From Phoronis australis (lineage: Eukaryota > Animalia > Phoronida), in the NCBI GenBank assembly GCA_002633005.1, contig NMRA01000354.1, forward strand, positions 409,782 through 473,781: a stretch of 64,000 nt of DNA. Reading direction: 5' to 3'. A program made the position numbers and the translations under genes. Positions within the stretch are counted from its first letter, which is position 1. Each line of letters opens with the position of its first letter. Of the stretch, positions 27,801 through 38,900 are shown piece by piece. A model generated the notes under the pieces. It did not search any database. It was not told the origin of the DNA and worked only from the letters and a program-made list of their open reading frames with translations.

Positions 27801-30800
27801 CACAGGCGCTTGAGTTTATCTGTTCCTCCATCACCACTAACGTCATTCATTACTAAGAAAACATATGTTTCTTATATATGGTTATTAGCCATCGAGAAAT
27901 TCGAGCACCTGTGGTTAAATGGTGTTATGGGCATGCCGATGAGGAGATCGGAGGGAGTGAAAAAGTCGGAGCTTTTTGCAAGTTACATTTTTGTTTCAGT
28001 TTTTGATTCTGTTCGGATTGTTTATAAAATTTACTAAAATTACCCACCATCAAACATTTATGGCCCAATGAAACAACAACGACCTGTAAATTTTTATTTT
28101 TTTGAAATACGACCACCAGCCATTTTGAATTTAAATTAAACGCAACCACCCATAAATTTTTATTTCAGTTGCCTTCCCCCCCTCCCACACAGATTTTGCT
28201 GGAACAGCCCTAATAAGAACAGCTATGACAGGACACTACATTTCTTCCATTAATTAAAGTCACTTTTACAACATAGAAAAGTTCACATTCTACAGTCAAA
28301 CTGGCAATTAACCACAGTGACCCTTATCTGTAAATGAATACAGAGACACCATGTTTAATAGAACATCTCTAGAAAATGAAATTAAATAATCTCCACAGCA
28401 GTCTTCACTGCTCTGTGGATTGAGCTCATAATTTAGGAACTGAGGAGGTTCACAGAACAAGAATAAGAAGGTCTGTGATCAAGCAACTTTGTTACCTCAC
28501 CAAACTTTAAACGCAAGGACTGATCAGCAATACAGATAAATTTGACCACACTGTTACCTGACCAGACTTTTCAAACAAAAGGACCAATCAACAGCATGGG
28601 TAAATTTGAACACACCGTTACCTGATCAGACTTTCAATCACAGGGGCAGATTAATAGTACGTCGAGTAAATTTGAACACACCGTTTTACCTGACCAGACC
28701 CACCAACTGTACACTCAGGTAAATTTGAACACACCTGGTTTCTGCAGCTGTGGATCCATTTCCTCTTCTCCCTCAATAGTTACTGTGAATGTCTTCAGTT
28801 TCAGCTGATCATTATCACCATCATCTTTTTCTTTACAAACAATGCTGCAAATACATTCTCCTATTGAATGGTCTATGGTGAGAGCAACTACAAGCCTTGC
28901 AACGCTTTTGGTACCTTGAAATCAAATAGATGTTGCCATGCCGTCAGTTACCGACGAATAAAAATATAATATAGTAAAATAGTCATTTTAGTGCAATAAA
29001 AAAATTAAAGTAGTCCATGAATAATGATGGGATAATTTTCCACAAGTACCAACATGGCTGAAGACCACAGTGAGCCAAAGTGGATCAAACTGGTAACTAA
29101 TGAAATAACAAACTTAATGCTGCTTAAGGTCTTGTATGACCCTATGGACAAGTCCATGTATTTTGCCAAATGTCTCCACAACTATAGATTTTAACTCAGT
29201 AAAAGTGTCCGTTTTTTAAGAGCAAAAGCCAGTGGAATCAGTCAATCTCCACTGAAAAAAAAATATTATAAAAGTTAAAAAATTCAAACCTTCTTGACCA
29301 GAAGCTACTTTAATATATAAAACAGCATAAATTTGTTGAAATTTAGCAGTTATGGCAGACAACATCAGGGGTAAGTGTACCTGGCTACCGAGTCATTCAA
29401 ATTCTACCGAGTCAATCAAACTCTAATAAATAATACTTATCCCCCTGTATTACCTCATTTCAACGTCCCTCTTTTTTTCTGCACCTTTTGACTTGGAATG
29501 CTTCATTGCTCGGTCCAACAATGCATTAATACCGGAATGTTTCTTAACATCGGCATCAAGGTCTATTACACAGTTACTCGATGCCATCAGTTTCGGCGTA
29601 AACGACTTCCACTCAGGGAGTGCCAAATCCGCGAGCAGTTTCTTTTTAAATGCAGCACATTTTGTCTGGGTAGTCTCTTCACTATCCAAGTCGACAATGT
29701 CTTTTGTTTCCGTCACTGATTCCTCAGTCGACTTTACACTCGTGTCTTCAGCTTCATCTGATTTACAACCACCATTCACAGTCTCTGACTCGATTAATTC
29801 TCTGTTGCCTTCACTTGTTTCCACTTGTGAGTCACTGCTGTTTAAAACATTGTCTTCCACAGTATTAGCTGGTGCCAGTGCGGTATCTGCACTCTGACCT
29901 TTGACTTCCTCATTTGTTTCATCAGTCACAAGATCAGGCAACTCGTCATCAGGTAATATCTTACAGTCATTTGGTTTGTCACCCACAGTAACAACGGGAG
30001 ATGGGTCTTGCAAAACTTTGCTAGTGTCTTGTGACCGAGGTCTCTGCCTGTCTTTAAATTTGCGCGACACGTACGGCGACTCGGCCACTCCAGTTTTTGC
30101 AAGGATTTTACTGAAACAGAGACGATGACATGGATGAGCAACAATTACTAAATGAACAAATGCAAAGTCATATTTATAAATATGAACACAAAAATGTTAA
30201 TCCAACACAATAAAAACATGCATCATTGATACCTGCACAATTTTATCACGTTATCACGTGTAATATCTAACTTACTGAATAGGAGCCCTAAGAGGCACAC
30301 TGTCGGCCACTTTCTGCCGACGCTTCTCCAAGATTTCCTTTAGGGATAACGGCTTCGGTTGGTGATAGGGTAAATTGACTCTGGATTCTGAAACAGATAA
30401 CTCTCAGTCAACACTGAACCAACGCAACGCCATTCTCAGTCATTTCATTTCCTATTGAAAGGAAAACAAGTTGGCTGCTTCTCACCATTGTTTCATGAAC
30501 AGGTAAAGATCAAGCCAATTCGATAAAACAACACTCGATTTTTCAGTGACAGAAAATCTGAAAAGTTCATGCAGATCATTGTGAAAGAGTCAGACTGAAA
30601 TTTCAGAACTGAATTTACTGGATAGAAATCAACACTTTACAGGAACTTCAAATACCAAACATTAGTTTATCAGTCAATAATCATTCCCAATTGACTTGTT
30701 ACACAAAGAGAGAGCTGTAATGGACTACATTAAAGAAGTGGCCAACAGCATTGGGACTGACCCCTGGTGAGTCTCTGTGATTCACTGTGTAGTTCCTGGA

Positions 30801-33800
30801 TCTCTTGCTGAGCAGCAGTTTTGCTTTTTCTCGAAGAAGTCGTCCTTTTCCCTTTTGCTGCACCTTTCATCTGAAATGAAGAGATAATTAAGACACGAAG
30901 CTTATGACTCATGGCCAGAAACCCGCGTTCCATCTAAGAAGCAAACTTTTGATTTAGGCCATTTACGGCTAGGAAAACGAGCTCAATGTGTTCCTTACTC
31001 GGACAGGAAGTGATTTCTGAGTTTGCATACAACTGACAGTTTATTTTTTGATACCGTGTTTATGCTTTGTGACAAGCTAACTTATTGTGCATCGTCTCAT
31101 GCAATAACGAACTGAAATCACTTCAAATTTCACTAATTTAAAAGAACAATTTGAGACTACTTTCATTACCACACGTGGTCTAAATCAAAACTTTGTTTTC
31201 TATGGTGGAAGATGGATTTGTAGCAGTTTTAAATGAGAAATAATTAAGTGATATATATATATCGGATACTAAGTGTGTAATAACCATGTTATAACTCACA
31301 AGTCCATAAAACAGCCTTCAGTACGCGACTGGAAAAGCCTTAACCACATGTCTGAACAATTTTGAACTCGAACTTAAAGTGAAGGAAAATAAACCCACGT
31401 CAACTGATACCAATTTTAACAAGCGGAAAAGTGGCCCAGTTGTTCATGTAAAGCACTTCCCCTAAGAGGTCTTTGCATAATCCTAAAGTGCCACTGACAA
31501 TCTTTCCACCCACTACAAAGATTTAGCAGAACGTCCGTCTCTTCAATAAAAATATAAAAATTCGGTCCAGACGCTTCTCTTATTGCTGTTGACCAAAGTA
31601 CAGGTCACAGGTCACAGGTACATACACGTAATAAATTAACATTCAGCTATCATCTTGAGGACCTTACTTTCTTTAGTTTTTTCTTTAACGCTTCACTCAT
31701 CTCCAGATCACCATCTTCCTCGTCTTCTTTCTCAGATTCAGAAGTGTTACTATGGCGACTATGGTTTTCTCCATCGTCACCTTCATCGTCATAGAGATCT
31801 TTGTTCAGTGACAGGTTACCGAGATCGTCCTAAAAATTGCATAATATTCATTAGCTGAAACATGATACCACTCTAAATCCCCTAATATCAGAATAAGGCT
31901 TCAAAGGTGTGTACTTATCCAATTGGGCTTTTTACTTTCATAAAATGAACCTCTGGATATTCTTTACAGTGACAGAATTCAATTTCCAATGGCAGCAAAA
32001 CAATTGAAAATACCAACGACCCAAGAAAACACCTCAGACTTTATTGAGGATGGCCAACCCTAAAATTGCGAACTTAATGGCACATGTATGCATTGTTGCA
32101 TGTACGCATTGCCTGTGACCTGAGTTGTCAATGGAAATAGATTCCTGTCAGGGTAGCAAATATTTTGAGACCAATTTTATGAGAGGAAAATGCCTAATTC
32201 AATTTTCAACTTTTGTTTATTATCTAGCTAAAGAAGAGCAGGTTTAACATCTGAAAAAATGAACAAACTGATACCGATTAATTACAGCAGTTATAAATTC
32301 ACCTTTCATCACAATATTGTCTCTAACTAGTTCTTCAGGAATTCACTAGGTGGTGCATGTCATGGTTTTAATGAGATAGAGCAACTCTGTTTCTAATTTT
32401 TGTAAGTGAAATACTTGTACAGCTGACATATTATCCCTTGTTTTAACACTGTTCGAAATCAAGGGTGTTTATTGTTCACTGAACAGTTTTTATCCAAGAT
32501 ATCAACAATGAATTCCACTACCTTATTTGAATCTCCAACTTCGTCATCTTTCAATGAACTATCACAATCTGAATCTGTGAAAAGAAAACCAGAATTAGTA
32601 GTGAGAAAACTGATAATTTAAATCTCTTTTAAGTCCATGCAGTACTATCTTTGAAAACCATTATTTTGGTTCATGTTTCACGGTGGACGTATCATTTTCG
32701 TTTCAATATGGCGAACTAGCATTTCTAATCGCACATGATAAAAGAATTGACCAAATACAACTCAATGATTGCTTCAAGATTTGCTCCTGCTAACTTGACT
32801 TATTACAATTTGAAGTTTGTGATTTCAGCTTGACCTGATTTAGCAGGGCATGGGTCTTTTAAACCAAATTTTAATAAACGTAAGAACCAACAAACAAGGG
32901 TTATCACAAAGAAACTGAGGTAGAGTGTGTAGGTTAGTAGTCCGTGTCAGTGATGACTTACCAGATTCTACAGTGGGTCTTTTGGTTATAACCTCTTCAT
33001 CATCACTACCATGGTCGACAATCTTAGACACCTGCTCCAAAAATAAAAAAATCGTCAAAAACGTCTTACAAGGCGAAAATGTGAAATTACACATGTATGA
33101 AATCAGTGTCAGGCAAAACACCAATACCTTCTATGAACACAAGCTGTATATACTGTGAATACTGAGAATGACTGTGCTCACTGAAATGTATCATTGTTTG
33201 ATTTATTTTTATGAACATCCATAACATTGCGTGAAATTGAGCTAAAAGCAGGAATATCTCAGTTCTCAAATTTGGAAAAATGTGAATTATCTTCTATACA
33301 AAGTACCCGAGATGGTGTTCTGAGCCTTGTAGAACCAGTAAATGAGGGAAAATGTCTAAAATTAAATTTATAAAAACTATATTCTCAGTTTTACAAATTA
33401 TATATGTTGATAGTACATACAATAATAACCAACTTTCTCTAAGTCATTGTGTCGACATTATAACTTATATTTCTGTGACCAATTAAATTGGTGCCCATGA
33501 TATACTATGAAGCTTATTTTTCAAAATAAGTTAATGACGAAACATGAATAGTTTTGCAGCAACTGCATTATCATGACATAAAAATGATAAGGGTGAACAA
33601 AATAAAAACTGCAAATGAAGTATCACAGATGACACAATAAAGTCAAAAGTTTACTTTCACAGAGGCCCAAAATTATTTCCACAAGACTAAGAGAAATCAT
33701 TCTAAACTGAACAAATGAACGATATATTAAAGCTGACTGTGACTAAGGTATACCTTCCTAGACTTTGGTCGTATCAATATATCATCGTCACTGTCAGAGT

Positions 33801-35071
33801 CCTCGTTAGTCCTTAGATCCCCATCCATTCTTGTATCACCAGGCTCACCCTCGTTAGACAAGTCACCCTCAGACACAGACATGTTCAGTTGAAGGCTCTG
33901 TGTTTCTCCTTCGTAACTGTTTTCTTTTAGGTCAGACTTAGTTTTGACCAAGTCAACATTCTGCAAGACAACACACCAGAAAGGTCTTGGTAAACTTAAA
34001 GAACAAGACGTAGATACTCTGATGTTCCGTTTTAGAAGCAGAGTAATCTGTTTCAGCAAGCCAAATATTTTATTTTTGTTTTGTAAATCCAGGTTTCTCC
34101 ATTTGTTAAAAAAAATACAAGAGGATGCAACCATGCCAGACTGCACACAGCGCACACTATCAAAGGGTTTGTCTCCGTACATAATGGGCTTTAGAGAGAT
34201 TTTCCCAATATTTTAATTTTTACATTGAGAATTTATTTCTTGCATTTTAGAAATCTTTTTGTTGAAGTAAGTTATTGCAAGACTGAAAAGCCATGCATAT
34301 TAAAAACACATTTGATTTTAATCCAAATTTTTAACAATGACCTTGGCACTCTAAAGAGAAGAGGACAATGTGAGGTTAACACTTGAGGAGCGATGAAATA
34401 TAACGTCACCTATTGGTCGGTTTCTTTTTTTCACTGATTCTTTAATCAACTGTTCTAGCTTCCACAATGTTGTGAACGTGTCACAACAAATTATCGGAAC
34501 TGGTTGCATTTCATTATACGACTTTAGTATTTTGATACTAACAAACCTAATGTTAGATCAGATTTTACAGTCAGAATCTCCCGAAAGATGTCAAATTAGC
34601 AAATAGCACATTTGTGCTTTATGAATGCACTATTCTCGATGCCAGACTTTTCTTTGTTACAACAACATGACATTTATTATACTGTTCTCCACTTAAATGG
34701 TTGCAACGGACAAGGTGTCGGTTGGCTCCCAGATTTTGTATGACTAAAAGTTTCACAAGGCAAGGTCAGGATGAATAAGGTAAATAACAATTAAGGATTA
34801 CAAGAACTACCTGGGAGGTATGAAATTTCGAGGTCTATTGGATTTTTGGAGCTTAAACCACAGTGGTTCCTAGCTGTATTCAGGTATTGTTTAGCTGGCT
34901 GGCTAGCTATCACTGATCAGTGTCTGTGGATCAGTGACAGTGGACACGATACACGATACGATAGTCGATAGTGAATGCCAGGCAAAAACAAAAAATACAA
35001 ACTCTAAGTGGTTCAGTACTTACAGAATGCGACCCAAAATGCTGGTCAATCAGTCCCGGATCGCCCAACAT
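12765..35071 (-). CDS. CLSPN: Claspin (replication checkpoint mediator), complete 25-exon model, ~1251 aa
   Basis: All 25 exons are phase-consistent and sum to 3756 nt. Claspin motifs: [73 protein letters not shown] and [51 protein letters not shown]-terminal SIFNLM*. Confidence 0.93.
13607..13765 (-). CDS. CLSPN: Claspin exon 24
   Basis: [31 protein letters not shown]. Confidence 0.92.
14782..14934 (-). CDS. CLSPN: Claspin exon 23
   Basis: [18 protein letters not shown]..|gtaagt. Confidence 0.85.
15250..16800 (-). mobile_element. Degenerate HINE-family element in a Claspin intron
   Basis: Reverse complement shares the subunits (GCGCCATCTAATGGCC, GCCCCCTAGTGGC, CATCCGCCTC) and a degenerate 3' end TGTGGGCATATTTCACTGC..TTTTGTT with the 58.5-60.7 kb elements. 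Confidence 0.65.
16864..16988 (-). CDS. CLSPN: Claspin exon 22
   Basis: [30 protein letters not shown]|gtgagg. Confidence 0.9.
16978..17166. repeat. ~35-45-bp tandem repeat x5 straddling the Claspin exon 22 acceptor
   Basis: Unit core ATGTCTTCATC(T/A)GAAGA..GAATTATC. Confidence 0.8.
17424..17542 (-). CDS. CLSPN: Claspin exon 21
   Basis: [39 protein letters not shown]. Confidence 0.93.
18771..18944 (-). CDS. CLSPN: Claspin exon 20
   Basis: [31 protein letters not shown]|gtaagt. Confidence 0.92.
19580..19713 (-). CDS. CLSPN: Claspin exon 19
   Basis: [12 protein letters not shown]..acidic..GVTKAG|gtaaga. Confidence 0.85.
21046..21181 (-). CDS. CLSPN: Claspin exon 18
   Basis: [18 protein letters not shown]. 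Confidence 0.8.
21879..22005 (-). CDS. CLSPN: Claspin exon 17 (CKBD repeat 2)
   Basis: [27 protein letters not shown]|gtgagt. Confidence 0.92.
22501..22655. mobile_element. Small MITE
   Basis: TIR CAGGGCGGGGTTGCATAAAA / TTTTATGCAACTGGCTCCTG. Confidence 0.5.
22930..23063 (-). CDS. CLSPN: Claspin exon 16 (CKBD repeat 1)
   Basis: [20 protein letters not shown]. Confidence 0.92.
23585..23745 (-). CDS. CLSPN: Claspin exon 15
   Basis: [25 protein letters not shown]. Confidence 0.9.
24355..24497 (-). CDS. CLSPN: Claspin exon 14
   Basis: [31 protein letters not shown]. Confidence 0.85.
24842..24895 (-). CDS. CLSPN: Claspin exon 13 (symmetric 54 nt)
   Basis: [18 protein letters not shown]|gtaatg; phase 1-1. 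Confidence 0.65.
25194..25358 (-). CDS. CLSPN: Claspin exon 12
   Basis: [24 protein letters not shown]|gtgagt. Confidence 0.82.
25448..25627. repeat. 28-32-bp minisatellite x6
   Basis: AAGTTATAATGCCCATATATGTAAATCT. Confidence 0.9.
25651..25813. mobile_element. Palindrome of two inverted SINE-body halves
   Basis: Arms are reverse complements, and both match the body of the 50585 SINE. Confidence 0.6.
26270..26369 (-). CDS. CLSPN: Claspin exon 11
   Basis: [17 protein letters not shown]|gtttgt. Confidence 0.82.
27352..27584 (-). CDS. CLSPN: Claspin exon 10
   Basis: [44 protein letters not shown]. Confidence 0.92.
27639..28210. mobile_element. PIF/Harbinger-like MITE
   Basis: ~45-bp TIRs GGGCTGTTCCAG(T/C)AAAATCTGT..GGGAGGGGGG..AAGGCA; TAA target-site duplication at 27636-27638 and 28211-28213; internal CCACCC repeats. 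Confidence 0.85.
28490..28735. repeat. ~55-65-bp tandem repeat x4 ending at the Claspin exon 9 donor
   Basis: Core TAAATTTGAACACACCGTTACCTGACCAGAC. Confidence 0.8.
28735..28844 (-). CDS. CLSPN: Claspin exon 9
   Basis: [26 protein letters not shown]|gtgtgt. Confidence 0.87.
29454..30110 (-). CDS. CLSPN: Claspin exon 8
   Basis: Long acidic exon ending [21 protein letters not shown]. Confidence 0.9.
30276..30387 (-). CDS. CLSPN: Claspin exon 7
   Basis: [26 protein letters not shown]..|gtaagt. Confidence 0.9.
30762..30870 (-). CDS. CLSPN: Claspin exon 6
   Basis: [23 protein letters not shown]|gtcagt. Confidence 0.9.
30922..31215. mobile_element. MITE-like foldback element; second copy at ~53240-53542
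   Basis: Imperfect TIR TTCCATCTAAGAAGCAAACTTTTGATTTAGGCC / GGTCTAAATCAAAACTTTGTTTTCTATGGTGGAA. Confidence 0.6.
31668..31829 (-). CDS. CLSPN: Claspin exon 5
   Basis: [24 protein letters not shown]|gtaagg. Confidence 0.85.
32522..32574 (-). CDS. CLSPN: Claspin exon 4
   Basis: [18 protein letters not shown]; phase 1-0 bridges its neighbours. Confidence 0.75.
32962..33031 (-). CDS. CLSPN: Claspin exon 3
   Basis: [23 protein letters not shown]|gtaagt. Confidence 0.8.
33754..33960 (-). CDS. CLSPN: Claspin exon 2
   Basis: [26 protein letters not shown]|gtatac. Confidence 0.8.
35024..35071 (-). CDS. CLSPN: Claspin exon 1
   Basis: [16 protein letters not shown]|gtaagt. Confidence 0.7.
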
Positions 35072-35634
35072 TATGGAAACAGGATCGCTAAAATATGTTA
35101 AGCAGTAAACAGTCGTATTGTCTTTATGTTTTACTTTGTGCACTTCAAGTTTTGGCGCTTTTCCTCCTCAGCAAGCCTACGTCATTTCCGTTTTCAAGTG
35201 TCAAAGTACAATCTTTCAAACATTGTATTGATTTTAATGTTTCTATAGTGAGTATATTTTGAAAGAATCCAAGTTAATAAAAAACACTTTTCATGGCTGA
35301 TTTGCTCGATACGAAGTTTTATTCTATTACTTAAAACCGAAATTGCAACAGAAACAGCTTGGAATTAGAAGTTGTCTCCCACCAACAAAGCAGACACCGG
35401 AAACTGATCAATCCCAGGCGGATAAAATTATTGAATTTTGGTATTTGGCAAAAATAAAATCGATCGAAACGTCATGTTTGGCATATTTCTAAATGTTGTC
35501 GTCCCTTTTGGTGTTATTAGTATTTTTTAAACTGCAAGCATCAATTTGTTTGAGAAATTGACTTAAGGTTGATGTTTTTAGCAGCACAGAATTCCAATTG
35601 CCACGCCGCGTTTTGACAGCAGCCGCCACTGAGT
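35072..35634. promoter_or_regulatory. Head-to-head Claspin/FEZ promoter region
   Basis: Divergent ATGs 564 bp apart; E2F-like TTTTGGCGC ~35150-35158, CRE-like TACGTCA ~35178, CHR-like TTTGAAA (minus, 35214-35220), ETS-like CCGGAA ~35397. Confidence 0.6.
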
Positions 35635-35963
35635 ATGAAGGATCTGAGAATGGCTGAGTTGCAGTTCGAAGCTCCACTCGCTTCATTTGAAGGTGACGAA
35701 TGGAACGAATTTCATGATTTCCAAACAAATGCTGATATACAGAATATGAACGAAGTAACTAACTTGAAAAATCTGACATTGAAATCCAATACAGATGTCG
35801 ATAATGCGGACAATTTTAGTGAATCATTCAGCGGATCTCTCGAGGACTTGGTGAACAGTTTCGATGAGAAGATTACAAAATGCTTCAAAAATTTTGACGA
35901 GAGTACCGAGAAATATGCTCCTGTTCAAGTCCGATCACAAGAGGAAATAATGAACGATTGCCA
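35635..35963 (+). CDS. FEZ2: FEZ exon 1
   Basis: MKDLRMAELQFEAPLASFE..SLEDLVNSFDEKITKCF..EIMNDC|gtaagt. Confidence 0.92.
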
Positions 35964-38900
35964 GTAAGTAATTTTGTTGTTATTCCGATCTTGTAAAATG
36001 GCTGTTCTTGACTAGCAGAACCTGGTTGATAGAATTTCTTTTAATTGGGTGAAAAAGGCACCGAATCGAATGGAGGACCGTGATTTAGAGAACTAGGCAA
36101 TCACTGAATAACGGGTAGCTTATGTTATTTAGTGTATGAAACTGTTTCTCTAAGTCAAGGTCCAATATATCTGACTAGTGCCAAACAAAATTTTCTTGGT
36201 TGGCATTTCTAGACTTAGAGTGAGATAAATTACTCGGGTTGAGAGTGTGCATATTAAATATTGATGGTATCACTTTTCTTTGAAAGACAAAAGGGCCTTT
36301 CATACTAACGTCGACACGTCGATGGTTTGGGAAGTTGTGGTCAGTATGAACGCTTAACTCTGGTCCTGGATAGCAGTTAACAGCTCCAGTTAACATCGCA
36401 GTTAACAGGTGGATTTAAGACCGCAGCGTCAACGCTGCGGTGCAGTATGAACTCTTAACTCCGGTCCAATCGAAGTTATCGCCAGGTGCCTCTGTTATCG
36501 GGAACAGTTACAAGGCAGTGCCATCACTATTAGCTGCTTATATTTTGCTGTAATAATAACTAGTCGATTTAAAAATAAGTTTAATGTCATTTAGCACATG
36601 TAAATGCTTCCAAATTGAAACATTGAAAATCTTAGCATGCAACGCTACCTTGCAATACCTTCGTTGACAACAGCGATACCAACGGCTTACTTCGATGTTC
36701 ATTAACTACCGAAGCCAGTATGAACGGTCCAGTTAACTGCGCTGTTTATGTCGACGCTCCGCTCAGATCGGAGTGAAGTCAATATGAAAGGGCCTTGAGT
36801 GACCCCATCTTCAGCTTTAGGTGTGTGAGTACTGTAATTCAACAACCATAATATATGAAATACAGCACTGTACTGTCGAACCAAATTAACAACAAACCTC
36901 CCAGAGCTTTTCAATGTGTCATTTTTAACCAAAATTCACCAGTGACCAAATCAGGTTTTCTGAAAATAACGCAGGATTATTTTGAGGTGTGAAACCAAAT
37001 TCTCTTGCTTGGGAGATTGGCACAGGTTGAATATTGCTATCCCTGATTACGAGAACCACTTAAGTTTCATCCACTGAATATACAGGTGTATCATTCAGTG
37101 GGGATTGCCTGGTTTACTTAATCAAAGGCCACTACATCAGATCAATGAAATTTTTTCTTCCTCACGAAAGGGAAATTCTCCTGATATGGTTCTTCCGATT
37201 TGAGAACTTGCTTTTGCAGGTAACAAGTAGCCACTTAGTCACATTGTAAGGCTGCACTACTCCCCATCAAGCCAGATTCCAGCTACTTAAGTAAGAAGTT
37301 TTCAGCTTGTGAAAAAAATACATTTATATTTAAAGATGTCGCTTATAGAAGCACCTACGCTTCATACTTTAAAATACCACTTATATAAGCACTTACTTTC
37401 TTCAACAGTCCTTTCTGGTTTTATGCATAACTTCATTTAGACAGTTGCACCGCCCTGACCAGAGGCAGTGATACTCCCCATTAAAAGTTACTAATTCGAA
37501 AATATAGCAAATAACATCGAATGAAGCATGAGTTACTTACCGTAACAAGACAATTATGGTCAACATAGTCACGAAATTCTGTTGAGTTTCACTTAAACTT
37601 CGCTCGCTGGGCGTCATTTTGAGGAAGTTACGTTCCCCAGTTTTAACTTGTGTGACGCCAGTGCTTATTGCGTGTGATAAAAAAGTTCACAGCGACCAGA
37701 AAGCGGAATTAGAATTCTTGGCAAAATCAATCTCAATTCCCATAGACATGCTTCACAGTGGGTAAGGCAACAAACAACCCCTACTAGTCTGTCATTGGGG
37801 CAACGGTAAACTCCAGATCTAGATAAATTTGACAGACACAGCTTTATTATCGAGATTTAACTAACACTTTCAGAGAAAAAGAAGTATGTTACATCAATGT
37901 TGAAATGTGGGTTTGTTGACTGGGGTTTAGGTAATAGAAGCTAGAATGTAGAGATTCAGCCATGGAATTGTTTCCACCCACTGACTGACGGGCTTCTATA
38001 TAATTTCTCTTTCACTTCAGCAATTCCAAATAAGTTGAGTTAACTTAACCATTTGATGATGTGGCTATATGAGACCATAAGCGACCAACTTTAAACCTAA
38101 GTGGCAGATGCTTGAAACATTTTTATGCTGCCAAATCAAATCTTGCCCACCAGTGAATGGCTGTGTTACCAGTTGATTACAGAAATAAAATCAAAAGTCT
38201 TTAGCATTCGCCTTAGTTACTTTTCGTTCGCTTTTGAAGGGAGTGACCACCTACCCCTTCCCCCCAATCCTGCCTATGTCGTGTGGAAACATCTGTATTC
38301 GGAAATTAGCTGCTTTTGTTTGTGTGGGAACATTAGTGACAAACACAAAGTATTTAATCTTCTGTGATTGACCATAAATGAAACACAAAGAAACTCTTTT
38401 GTTCATCCTTGGTGTTCTGCTATCATAACACAAGAGGTAAGATTTTGTAATGTTTTAACTATACAAGTTTCAGTCGTTGAACGCTGGTTATTATGGCAGT
38501 TCGCTTTAGCTGAAGTGATATTTTTATGTTTTACCAGAAATAAACATTCCTTTTCAAAACGCCGATGTAGTTCTTGAGCAACAATAACATTAGATTTTCA
38601 GTAGAGTCAGTATACAAGCTTGCGATGTTTCTAACTTTTTTCAAGTGAAGGTGAAATCAACGTTCATATGTGAAGGACATTTCATTTTGTCAGTTGCTAG
38701 TGAAATCATAGATAACCAGTTGTTTAAGGCGGGGTATACATTTCTCACCATTGTTTGAGATGACTGGCCAGGTTATTGATTGGACATATTGATCAGAGCA
38801 TTCCTTAATGTAGACAAGGATGTTCCTTTATTGCCATAATTCCGAGAATTAAAGGTTTATATCCAAGCACTCTCCTTATCAATATTATACACAGGTATTA

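Noticed and set aside
29493-30128. Plus-strand ORFs overlapping Claspin exon 8 (similar ones at 18700, 19533, 21029, 31655)
   Set aside because: Antisense shadows of acidic Claspin exons
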